A stretch of 63,977 nucleotides of DNA, counting the filler, from an uncultured Myxococcia bacterium (GTDB taxonomy: Bacteria > CAZTWC01), in assembly GCA_964617105.1 (NCBI GenBank). It is 16 parts of 16 records of this genome, joined end to end, with 100 filler letters (N's around TTAATTAATTAA, not from the genome) between each part and the next. Parts side by side here need not be neighbours in the genome. Positions count along the whole stretch, not along the records: positions 20,530 to 24,506 come from CAZTWC010000335.1; positions 24,607 to 28,567 come from CAZTWC010000336.1; positions 28,668 to 32,614 come from CAZTWC010000337.1; positions 32,715 to 36,650 come from CAZTWC010000338.1; 12 more parts are not named here. One strand, given 5' to 3'. Shown one piece after another: positions 23,184 through 34,538 of the stretch (position 1 is its first letter; each line of letters begins with the position of its first letter). Below the pieces are notes generated by a model. It ran no database searches, was not told where the DNA came from, and saw only the letters and a list, made by a program, of their open reading frames with translations. Both the position numbers and the translations under genes were made by a program.

Positions 23184-24506
23184 ATGAAGATAGCGACTCA
23201 GCTAAAGATTATCGTGACCGTTTTAGTTGCCTTTAGTATTTTGAATGCCTACATGGTCTATGACCAATTGGATAAAATGAAAGGTGACGGTCGAGTTGTT
23301 AACTTCTCCGGCATTGTCAGGGGTGCTACCCAACGAATGGTCAAATTTGCTTTGGCAGGTCAAAAAAATCAAGAACTGCAAGAAAAGATAACTAAAATTA
23401 TAAATGGCCTGATGGAAGGAAATGTTAAATTAAATTTACCCCCACCTTCTGATGATGATTTTATCACTAAAATTGGAGAGGTAAATCAAAAATGGCAGTC
23501 TCTTAATGAAACGGTAGATTTTTATTTAGAAGATCCGGAGATTATGCCCCGACTTCTTACGGAGAGTGAAAATTACTTCAAATTAACCAACGAGGCAGTT
23601 TTTGCTGCCGAGAAAGCCGCTGCCAATAATGTTACAAAACTGAAAATTATGCAAGTGGTTCTATTGATTTTAAACCTGGTAATTCTTGGTTTTATCCTGG
23701 TTATCAGCCAGATAAAGATTGCCCGCCCTTTGAGGCTTTTGGTGGATGATGTAAAGAAAATTGCCAATGGTGATTTGCAAATAGATTTTGCCAGCGGCAA
23801 GAAAGACGAAGTGGGGCAACTTCTCAATGAGTTGGCAGGGATGGCAGAGACTATAAAAGGAATTGTAAAAAATATTAACATGCTCACCGATGCAACTCAT
23901 GACGGTAATTTAAATGTGAGAGCAGACTCAGATAAATTTTCTGGAGAGTATAAAAAAATAATAGATGGTGTCAACTCTACCATGGAGATGATTGTTAAGG
24001 TCTTTCTGCTGATCCAGGAGTATTTGGGTAAAGTGGCCAGGGGTGAGGAGTGTGATAATATTCCCGAAAGTTATCAGGGTGAGTATAAAAAGATGCTAAA
24101 CAGCATTAACACTGTTTTAGACTCGAACAGGGAGATGATTAAAGTTGCCAGTAATTTGGCCAGAGGGGATCTCTCTTTAAATGTAAGGCCCCGATCAGAA
24201 AATGATTTACTGGGAAATGCTTTTGTCTCTATGGTCAATTCCATGGAGGAGATGTCACTTACTGCGGAGAAAATCGCTGTTGGTGATTTGAACGCCAGTG
24301 TAGAGCCCCGTTCAGAAAGTGATCGCCTTGGCAAAGCTTTTGTGGCCATGGTTGCCTCCATGACCGAAATGGCCAGGACAGCGGAGCAGATCGCAGTTGG
24401 TGACTTGAACGCCAGTGTAGAGCCCCGTTCTGAAAACGATCGCCTTGGCCATGCTTTTACAGTTATGGTCGATTCCATGGCCGAGATGGCTGAGACAGCA
24501 GAGCAG
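23184..24506 (+). CDS. Methyl-accepting chemotaxis-type receptor with PilJ/NarX-like sensor and poly-HAMP array (3' partial)
   Basis: TM1, VNFSGIVRGATQR, TM2, HAMP (IANGDL..DEVGQL), repeated IAVGDLNASVEPRSE. The signalling domain is beyond the contig end. Confidence 0.8.
24264..24506 (+). repeat. 117-bp (39-aa) tandem HAMP repeat
   Basis: AACGCCAGTGTAGAGCCCCGTTC at 24291 and 24408; a third unit begins at the contig break. Confidence 0.85.
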
Positions 24507-24796
24507 NNNNNNNNNNNNNNNNNNNNNNNNNNNNNNNNNNNNNNNNNNNNTTAATTAATTAANNNNNNNNNNNNNNNNNNNNNNNNNNNNNNNNNNNNNN
24601 NNNNNNATCGAACTTATCCGCTTTGGCAAGAAAATTGGCTATCATGCAATTCAAACTATAAATTGTTCAAAAGTGCCTGTATTCATTCATCTTTGCCTCC
24701 ATGAATTTTAAGCCATTCCTTTTGGTCCCGACTTAGTCCCGACCTGGGCATTATAGGTAAAAGCAGGAAAAGGGGGGGAATTAGTTTTTCGGACAC

Positions 24797-25519
24797 TTAT
24801 TTTTTTTTATTTATCACCAGGTCCAGTTCGTCCATAAAATTATGAAAGGCTTTTATCTTTCCTTGATCTTTGGTTGTTAAACATAGGGTGTCATAGTCGA
24901 TTTTATTAGTGATCTTATGAATATCATCTTTCCTCTTCTTGTATTTAAAGCTCACCAGGTTATAGATATCTTTTACAATATTGGCAGGGCGGTCATAGCG
25001 ATTCTCTGGATCGTCATTAACCAGGTCAACAGGCTTATTATGGTGGTTTAGATTCTTTTTTATATAGCCAGGTGTCAATCTGCTATCTATTTGTGAAAAA
25101 AGGTTGTGGTCAGCTAAAAACCATGCTTCGATCTCCATGGTGGCCAGAACAATTTTTACTTTATCGGTAGGGATTTGGTTGCGAATACTTATATAGAGTT
25201 TATTCTTATCCTCTCTCTGCACTTCTGGATAAACGTCTCTAATTCCAAATATTGCCTGAAATTTGGATTGGCCAGTCATTGCTTTCAGGTTTTCCTTAAT
25301 AACACTCACCACTTTTTCATCTGAACCTACATTAACCAGGAGAAAATAATAGTTATCACTTTTTCTGGTTTTAAACCTGTTTTTTGTTCCTAAAAAGGAC
25401 GGCCTCCCTCTTAAATTTATCTTGACTATTTGTCCCTGATATCCAATATGTTGTTGTAATAACTTCTCGATAAAAATCTGTTCTGTTTGTCCCTCCAAAA
25501 AAAAGGCGACTTTGATCAT
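24797..25519 (-). CDS. DUF4276-like TOPRIM-fold protein
   Basis: FFLEGQTEQ, GIRDVYP, MEIEAWFLAD; overlaps the upstream ATPase stop by 4 nt. Confidence 0.75.
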   Translation of the reverse strand: MIKVAFFLEGQTEQIFIEKLLQQHIGYQGQIVKINLRGRPSFLGTKNRFKTRKSDNYYFLLVNVGSDEKVVSVIKENLKAMTGQSKFQAIFGIRDVYPEVQREDKNKLYISIRNQIPTDKVKIVLATMEIEAWFLADHNLFSQIDSRLTPGYIKKNLNHHNKPVDLVNDDPENRYDRPANIVKDIYNLVSFKYKKRKDDIHKITNKIDYDTLCLTTKDQGKIKAFHNFMDELDLVINKKK

Positions 25520-26637
25520 TCACCTGCCTCCTCTTTGGTATGGAGAAAATTAGAGGAAAAAAAGGAAAAATTGTTTAGACCGGTGAATATAAATTCATCA
25601 AATGCTTTTTTGCTGTTTTTGTAATTATATGCCTTAACTATATGCCCCTCTCGTTCAAGAATATTCCAGTTTTCAATCGGAACTTTATTCATCAAAAAAC
25701 GGTCGTTGGTAGTAACAATCAGATTTAAACAGGAGTTGCCAATCTTGTTAAAAATAACTTCCGCCAATCGTGACGAACGCTCAAAGTCCAAACCCTCACC
25801 AAGATCGTCAATAATAATGGTTCCAGGTTTATTCTCGATTAGAAGATAGTTGATCACCGCCAAAATAGAGAATGCCCTGAACATACCAGCGGACATGGAT
25901 ACTTGATCGGTATGACACTGCAGATCTTTCTCTTTGACAGAGGCCATCAGTATATTTGGCGGTAGATTTGCCACCAGTTTTTGCCCTATTTTTATTTTTT
26001 CGACATTATAGCCAACTTTTTCCAGGTCATTAATAATCCCATCAATATAATCACCGCCATACTTGTTGGTACCACTTAGAAGCAGGGTAGGCACTGTAGA
26101 TAAACTTCGCAACATAGACTCTGATGCATTAGGGATGACTATATGATTTGGCCTGGCCGAGCTAAAAGTGTATGAGTAAACATTGACCGCCCAGTCATTT
26201 AATTCCTCTAAAAAGGGTAATACCTTCTTGTCTCTCTGAACATTGATAGCGAGTTTATCTTCCGGGGGAAAAAACGGATCCAGTTTACTGTTGCCGTTTT
26301 TAAAAAATCTGATTCTGGATTTACCATCTGCCCGGTCAATAAATTTTGTGTTTCTCAGTTTCAATGTTTCCAACTTAACTTTCTGATCCTGAATTACAAG
26401 TCTATACTTGTAATTGTCTTTACCTTTGGTAAATGTACATTGCCAGTCACCATTGGAATGGGGCCCTACTTTTCCGGATAGCAATGTAGCCAGGGCATTG
26501 ATCACATTCAGGCACCTGGTTTTTCCAGTGGCATTTTTTCCTGCCAAGAGGGTCTCTTTTTTTAGCTCAACACCTTCTAGTACCCATTCATTGGGTTGTC
26601 CCCGATGTTCAGAAAAATCTATTTGGGTTAAAAACAT
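25516..26637 (-). CDS. ABC/AAA_21-type ATPase
   Basis: Walker A GKNATGKT, signature SMSAGMFR, Walker B IIIDDLGEGLD, VTTN. Confidence 0.85.
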   Translation of the reverse strand: MFLTQIDFSEHRGQPNEWVLEGVELKKETLLAGKNATGKTRCLNVINALATLLSGKVGPHSNGDWQCTFTKGKDNYKYRLVIQDQKVKLETLKLRNTKFIDRADGKSRIRFFKNGNSKLDPFFPPEDKLAINVQRDKKVLPFLEELNDWAVNVYSYTFSSARPNHIVIPNASESMLRSLSTVPTLLLSGTNKYGGDYIDGIINDLEKVGYNVEKIKIGQKLVANLPPNILMASVKEKDLQCHTDQVSMSAGMFRAFSILAVINYLLIENKPGTIIIDDLGEGLDFERSSRLAEVIFNKIGNSCLNLIVTTNDRFLMNKVPIENWNILEREGHIVKAYNYKNSKKAFDEFIFTGLNNFSFFSSNFLHTKEEAGE

Positions 26638-26765
26638 CCAATTGTCCTTTGTTGTAGTCTCAATTTAATAGTTTCTTTTTCTATATAAATCCTATCTTAA
26701 CATTTAATCTAATTCTGGTAAATCAGTCATCTTCTCCGCTCTGGCGAGCAATTTTTGCAAATTAT

Positions 26766-26859
26766 AACCGCTGCTTTGATGTACTTGGCGCACTCTAGTC
26801 TTTAAATCAGATAAACAGTCTTTATATTCTTTCGATTGTAACGTTATTTCACTCCCCAT
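26766..26859 (-). pseudogene. DUF1016/YhcG-like N-terminal remnant
   Basis: MGSEITLQSKEYKDCLSDLKTRVRQV, then IKAAV in a shifted frame. Confidence 0.4.
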
Positions 26860-27129
26860 AACTCAAAACCTGAAAGTTTTTTATGAAACCATATTATACT
26901 CCATTTAGTAATTCATCTTACCAAACAATCACCAATTAAGCCAACAGTGTCCGCACTTTATAAATATTTGTCAGGCACCCTTTTTACCGCCTACCTACCG
27001 GTTGATTCTTTTCCTATTGCCCCATGTTGTTAACTGCTCTACTGTCAGCACCTCCAAAAACCTCCTATAAAACGGGTTAATATTTGGACCATCTTATAGG
27101 ATAAATTTGCTCGGGGGTGGTCAATTTCC

Positions 27130-27770
27130 TATGTGAATAGTCAACGAAATTGCTTAATATTTTATTTCGGAACAAATCATTTGTTTTTTTGACAAATAAC
27201 AGTCTCCTATCCGGGGTAGACACCTTAGTGTCTCCTCATTTTGCATGCTCCGCTTTTATCAAAAAAATGTTCTCTTCTTTTTTAGGCCGCCTTTTTATTC
27301 AATTCATACATTTGATTATTTTTTACCATTGCATAAATACGGCACAGCAACTTCCTGGCAACGGCTACTATTGCCCTTTTGCCACCTTTTTTGGCTTTAA
27401 GTTTTTTGTAAAAAGCATTCAAACCAGGATCACGTTTTATTGTTGTCCAGGATGCCTCTACCAATAATGCTCTTAGCCAGGGATTTCCTTGCCCCGTTAT
27501 CCTGCCTTTGTAATCATGTTCACCGCTTTGAATATTCTGATGGTGTTAAACCTGCAAAGGCTGAGATCTCTTTTTCATTATTAAATCTACTCCAGTCACC
27601 GATTTCATAGGTTAAGGCCGTTGCTGTCAGTGGACCTATGCCTGGTGCAGAACTAATTATTTTAAATTTCTTCTTTAACTCTTCTTCCTCTGGCCCTTTT
27701 TTGTAAATTCCATCAAATTGCTTAATTTATTTTTCAAAAAATTTGAGTTCTGAAATATTCATCATAGCAA
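27130..27770 (-). mobile_element. IS110-family remnant: C-terminal transposase half plus 3' non-coding end
   Basis: SAPGIGPLTATAL.YEIGDWSRF..FAGLTPSE..SG..GRITGQGNPWLRALLVEASW..AIVAVARKL; stops/frameshifts, no N-terminal DEDD domain. Confidence 0.85.
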
Positions 27771-28156
27771 CTCAGTTCAGCAAAATTCTGCGGTTTTTCC
27801 CAAGCCATAAAAGCCATCTGCTGGTTCATGCAAATGATATACAGGGGCACAGGATCCTGTTTGGCTTGCTTTTCCCGCCATTTTTTCAGGGCATCGTAGA
27901 CAGTCTTTTCCTGGTCGTCAAAAATAGTTCGCCAGTCTTTGATCTTTTTCTTGTCCACCGGATATCTTTTGCGTCCAAAATCATTTTCAACTTCCCGAAA
28001 AGTGATAATCAACATCAGATAGGGTTGTTTTTCATGAAAAAAGAAGTTGTCACTGACCGACAGCACTTCTTTATCCTTGATAAATTCCTGAACTTCATCG
28101 TCATTAAAATCAATGTTGTCAGGATTGAATTTGATCGTAAATACTTTAATTTTCAT
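27734..28156 (-). CDS. Stand-alone HRDC-domain protein of DGR-accessory type, C-terminally truncated
   Basis: VYDALKKWREKQAKQDPVPLYIICMNQQM..KPQNFAEL is an HRDC pattern lacking its final helices; lies directly after a CLec target gene. Confidence 0.8.
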   Translation of the reverse strand: MKIKVFTIKFNPDNIDFNDDEVQEFIKDKEVLSVSDNFFFHEKQPYLMLIITFREVENDFGRKRYPVDKKKIKDWRTIFDDQEKTVYDALKKWREKQAKQDPVPLYIICMNQQMAFMAWEKPQNFAELSCYDEYFRTQIF

Positions 28157-28370
28157 AGCACAACCCATAGTGGGAATAATGTAGTTTTAAAATTTTCGCG
28201 CGCGGCCTCCGGCCGAACACCACAATTATCTCCCTCGCCAATAAACCACCTTCGCTTACTCCAACCCCGCCCTCCATCCCCAGGAGGGATCTGAACTAAA
28301 GCTTGATCGAGACCCATCCTGGGGCTTCCGGGCTAATCGCTATTCACAAGGGTAAAAAACCAAAGTGTAA

Positions 28371-28391
28371 AGGTCGGCTTACGCACGACCT
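28371..28391 (-). promoter_or_regulatory. Hairpin at the target-gene stop; candidate DGR target-recognition stem-loop
   Basis: Minus strand AGGTCG-t-GC-GTAA-GC-CGACCT: 8-bp stem with one bulge and a GNRA loop. Confidence 0.55.
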
Positions 28392-28566
28392 AAGGCATTG
28401 ACCTCAAGAGCCTGAAACCGATGTAGTTGAAGCGGTAGCCGGGCGAGAAATTGTTGCGATCCGCCGAGCGGCAGTACCGGGCGTAGTTGCTCCAGATGCC
28501 CCCGCGTAGAACCCGGTACGAGCCACTTGAAAGCCCCACAGGATCGGTGGCATCGCCATTATAATT
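28390..28566 (-). CDS. 3' end of FGE-sulfatase/CLec-fold protein; putative DGR target with variable region (not in ORF track)
   Basis: Manual translation: NYNGDATDPVGLSSGSYRVLRGGIWSNYARYCRSADRNNFSPGYRFNYIGFRLLRSMP*. Confidence 0.88.
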   Translation of the reverse strand, partial: NYNGDATDPVGLSSGSYRVLRGGIWSNYARYCRSADRNNFSPGYRFNYIGFRLLRSMP

Positions 28567-28667
28567 TNNNNNNNNNNNNNNNNNNNNNNNNNNNNNNNNN
28601 NNNNNNNNNNNTTAATTAATTAANNNNNNNNNNNNNNNNNNNNNNNNNNNNNNNNNNNNNNNNNNNN

Positions 28668-30426
<1,759 letters not shown>

Positions 30427-30503
30427 TTAACTCGAACGATTAGCAGTATTCATGCGAGAATTTGGAACCGGCGCCTTGTTAGCCGAGATGCAGCCGAATA
30501 CGA

Positions 30504-32614
30504 CTAGATTAACGAAACATCCAGAGCCAGGCTTTGCAGTTCTTTTATCAAAACATTAAAAGATTCCGGTAAACCCGCTTCCAGGGTATTTTTACCTTTC
30601 ACAATGGATTCGTAGGTTTTTGTCCTCCCTGATACATCATCGCTCTTTACCGTTAAAAATTCTTGCAGGCTGTAAGCCGCACCATAGGCTTCCATGGCCC
30701 AAACTTCCATTTCACCCAGTCTTTGCCCGCCAAACTGGGCTTTTCCACCCAGGGGTTGCTGGGTTACCAAAGAGTATGGCCCAATAGATCTGGCATGGAT
30801 TTTATCATCTACCAGGTGATGAAGTTTGAACACGTACATGGTGCCAAGCGTAATATCGGAATCAAAGGCTTCGCCACTAATACCGTCGTACAGGGTGGTT
30901 TGACCTTTTTCAGACAGTCCAGCCAATCCTAGAAAATGACGGATATCCTCTTCAGTTGCCCCATCGAAAACCGGGGTTTCAAAATGGATTCCTTTTTTTA
31001 ATTTCCGACACATTTTGATTACTTCATCGTTGTTTAACTGCTCTATAAATTCATGTATAGATTCGGATACAAAAATTTGTTTTAATTTATCCCTCATCTT
31101 ATCCACGAAAATCATTCCCCGTTCCGCCAGTTCCGCCAATTGTTTTCCGAGAGAATGGGCTGCCCAACCAAGGTGGGTTTCCAGAATTTGGCCAACGTTC
31201 ATACGAGATGGAACCCCCAGAGGATTCAGGACTATATCAACCGGGATGCCATCGGCAGTGTAGGGCATATCCTGTTCTGGTAAAATACGAGAAATAACCC
31301 CTTTGTTTCCATGCCGGCCGGCCATTTTGTCTCCCACCGCCAGTTTACGTTTGATAGCAACATAAACCTTAACCATCTTTATAACTCCTGGCGGTAGTTC
31401 ATCCCCTTTTTTCAAGCGGGTGATTTTTTCATTAAACACCAATTCAACTAATTCCAATTGCTCAGTCATGGATTCTAAAATCTTGGGTATTTTTTCTTTA
31501 ACACTGGCTTTGGTAATCTCCAGGTTTTTCAGAAGGTGCAAGGGAATATCTGCCAGCATCTCTTCGTGTAAGGTGGTATCTTTAGCGATTAGGACTTCTT
31601 TTTTAGAATCGATAAGACTGGCATTGGCTACTTGATTTTTAAGCAAAGCGCAGATTTTAGTTTTGGCACTATCCTTAATTATTTTATTTTCGTCTTGACG
31701 GTCTTTATTAAGACGTACTTCTTCCTGGTCTTCAATGTCTTTAGCCCGGTCATCCTTTTCAATACCCTTGCGGGAAAATATTTTGGCTGAGATTACCGTG
31801 CCTACCACGCCTGGTGGAACTTTTAGTGAGGAATCCCTTACATCACCCGCCTTTTCACCAAAGATTGCCCTTAACAGTTTTTCTTCTGGGCTAAGTTGGG
31901 TTTCTCCTTTGGGGGTAATTTTTCCCACCAGGATATCTCCAGGTTTTACTTCCGCACCAATTCGGATTATTCCGCTTTCATCCAGTTCGCCGAGAGCCTC
32001 TTCTGACACATTGGGGATATCCCTGGTAACATCCTCGGGCCCCAATTTGGTATCTCGGGCTATACACTCAAATTCTTCAATGTGGATAGAAGTATAATAA
32101 TCCTCATGTAATAATTTCTCGGAAACCAGGATAGAGTCCTCAAAGTTGTAACCGCCCCAGGGCATAAAAGCCACAGTAACATTTTTGCCCAATGCCAATT
32201 CACCCATATCAGTAGCCGGACCATCGGCTATGATCTCTCCTGCCCGGATAAGATCACCTTTTTCAACTATAGATTTTTGATTTATGCAGGTGTTTTGGTT
32301 GGAACGCTGGTACTTGGTTAAAGTATAGATATCTATTTCACTGGTGAGGTCCTGTTCCTCTATAGTATTTTCAAGGTCATTAACCACTCTGATGACGATT
32401 CTGACCCCATCAACCGATTCTACTACTCCGCTTCTTTTTGCCACTATGGTAACGCCGGAGTCCCGGGCTACGGTTTTTTCTATACCGGTTCCAATAATGG
32501 GTGCATCAGTTTTTAACAGAGGGACAGCCTGGCGCTGCATGTTTGATCCCATTAGAGCACGGTTGGCGTCATCATTTTGCAAAAAGGGGATCAGCGAGGC
32601 AGCCACACTAACCA
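30504..32614 (-). CDS. rpoB: RNA polymerase beta subunit (5' partial)
   Basis: [40 protein letters not shown]. Confidence 0.99.
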
Positions 32615-32714
32615 NNNNNNNNNNNNNNNNNNNNNNNNNNNNNNNNNNNNNNNNNNNNTTAATTAATTAANNNNNNNNNNNNNNNNNNNNNNNNNNNNNN
32701 NNNNNNNNNNNNNN

Positions 32715-33262
32715 AAACTGAGTTGCAGGGAATTTATTATTTGATGGACTCGCTTGATGGCGCGGCGGAAGGTGTGTCTGGTTTTAGCCAGGATCACACA
32801 ATCATCCATGTATCTCAGGTAAAATATCTCTTCTTTGCGTCTCATGGTTACCATGGCATCATCTAAAGGTGATAGCATTACCGCAGCGAGAAGTGGGGAG
32901 AGGCTGCCCCCGGCAGTCATGCCGATGCCGGTATCATGAATATCCGGCTGGCTGAGATAGTCGATTACTACGGCGAGGTTTTGAGGAGACACTCCCATTT
33001 TCTTTAGGCGCTCCAACAGCACCTGGTGCTGTATGTTTTCATAATAGCGGGCTATATCGAAACGGGCTACGAATTTGTAGTCGCCGATATTTCTGGTTAA
33101 ACCTCCACCGTGGCCTTTTAGGTGGGTGCAGCAGCGGCATAACTTTCCGCTGATCTCTTTTTGCAGTGCCAGTCTTGTGGTTTGGAGAATGGAGCGGCTC
33201 CTATGGCTCCAGATTGTTAAAAGCCTGCCGTTATGTTGCCATTGGTTTTGAATTAACAGCAT
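32715..33262 (-). CDS. Reverse transcriptase (3' partial, probably degenerate; not DGR-type)
   Basis: RFDIARYYENI (RT3), GMTAGGSLSPLLA (RT4), YLRYMDD (RT5); CTHLKGHGG upstream; short N-terminus. Confidence 0.85.
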
Positions 33263-33562
33263 TTTTTTACAGTTACCGCGGTTGTATTCATAATTGTTTT
33301 TATCAATAACTTAGCCGCTCTCAGCCATTTTAACCATCCGTTATCCTTTAATAATAATTAAGCGAAAACTGAAATAATCTTGTTCTATTGAGATGAAAAG
33401 CGACTCCCGACCACAATCACGACTCAAACTGGAGGAAAAAAAAGAGGTTCTGCCACATGCGATCCTATCAAGAAAGCCAAAAAAGTCAAACCTGCCTCGC
33501 CGCATAAATCCCGCTGCCCTTCGAAGATTGCCGAGCACCTCCGCCAGGCCAGAGAATTCAAG

Positions 33563-33826
33563 ATGCTCCTGGATACCGGCCAGGTGGCCAGCCAGGCTGA
33601 AATTGCTCGACGTCGCGGCATAAGCCGAACCCGGGTGACTCAGATTATGAAACTCCTTTTGCTGCCGGAGGAGGTTGTTAACGCTATTGAGGGCGGTGAT
33701 AAAAATGGTAATCATTGCAATATCAATGAAAGATACTTGCGTTCTCTTTTAAAAACCACCGATAAATCTTTGCAAATTAAACGATTTCAGGCGATGATCA
33801 ATTGTGGGTTCCCTCCAGATTATTAA
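33563..33826 (+). CDS. Small HTH protein of the type found in integrative-element recombinase modules; start uncertain
   Basis: LLDTGQVASQAEIARRRGISRTRVTQIMKLLLLP; the frame extends upstream (KIAEHLRQAREFK). Confidence 0.55.
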   Translation: MLLDTGQVASQAEIARRRGISRTRVTQIMKLLLLPEEVVNAIEGGDKNGNHCNINERYLRSLLKTTDKSLQIKRFQAMINCGFPPDY

Positions 33827-33866
33827 ACACCTCCCCCACGTCTTTGTTGAGGTGAAAACAAATTAC

Positions 33867-33932
33867 TTGACAAAAACACCACCATGTTACAAACTAATAC
33901 CAGATATGCATAACTACAATGCTTTTGTAACA
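33867..33932 (+). promoter_or_regulatory. abiE promoter with putative AbiEi operator inverted repeat
   Basis: TTGACA at 33867; TGTTACAAA (33885-33893) and TTTGTAACA (33924-33932) bracket 48 bp just upstream of ATG 33939. Confidence 0.65.
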
Positions 33933-33938
33933 CCCCGA

Positions 33939-34538
33939 ATGATAAGCCAAGAAGACAAAGTCAAACAATTTGCCAAGGAACACGGAATTTTTCGGTCCCA
34001 AATGATTGAGTCCATTGGGATCAACAGGATGACTCTGAAAAGGTTGGTAGACCAGGAGAAACTCCTTCGAATTTGCCGTGGACTTTATATGATGCCTGAT
34101 GCCAATATTTCAGAGTATTATGACATGATTAAGGTTGCCCGCCTTGTTCCTCGTGGAGTTATCTGTCTATTATCGGCCCTTCGTTTTTATGAGATGACCA
34201 CCGAGAACCCCTTTGAAATTTGGCTGGCCCATGAGTATGGCACCACACCTCCTCGTATAAAAACACCACCCATCAGATCGGTTAGATTTTCCCGGTCATC
34301 CTTCTCTTTTGGGATTCAGAATCACACTATCGACAAAGTGAAAGTGCTGATTACATCGCCAGCAAAAACAGTGGCAGATTGTTTTAAATTCCGCAACAAA
34401 ATTGGAATTGATGTGGCAATTGCCGCTTTGAAAGATTACCGGCAAAACCGGCTCGGGACCCTGGATGAATTATGGGAAGCAGCCAAAGTATGCAGAGTTA
34501 AAAAGGTGATCTTTCCTTATATGGAGGCCATAATTTGA
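33939..34538 (+). CDS. abiEi: Type IV toxin-antitoxin AbiEi antitoxin/transcriptional regulator
   Basis: LLRICRGLY, PRGVICLLSAL, TTENPFEIWLA, SPAKTVADCFKFRNKIGIDVA, CRV..PYMEA. Confidence 0.9.
   Translation: MISQEDKVKQFAKEHGIFRSQMIESIGINRMTLKRLVDQEKLLRICRGLYMMPDANISEYYDMIKVARLVPRGVICLLSALRFYEMTTENPFEIWLAHEYGTTPPRIKTPPIRSVRFSRSSFSFGIQNHTIDKVKVLITSPAKTVADCFKFRNKIGIDVAIAALKDYRQNRLGTLDELWEAAKVCRVKKVIFPYMEAII

Noticed and set aside
26640-27733. DGR template repeat downstream of the HRDC gene
   Set aside because: By eye I found no AAC-rich copy of the VR here or elsewhere in the window; the region is IS110 and other remnants.
32715-33262. This RT as the enzyme of the DGR at 27734-28566
   Set aside because: It is on a different contig, its RT4 reads LSPLLA rather than the DGR-type SQ motif, and no AAC-rich template repeat is adjacent.
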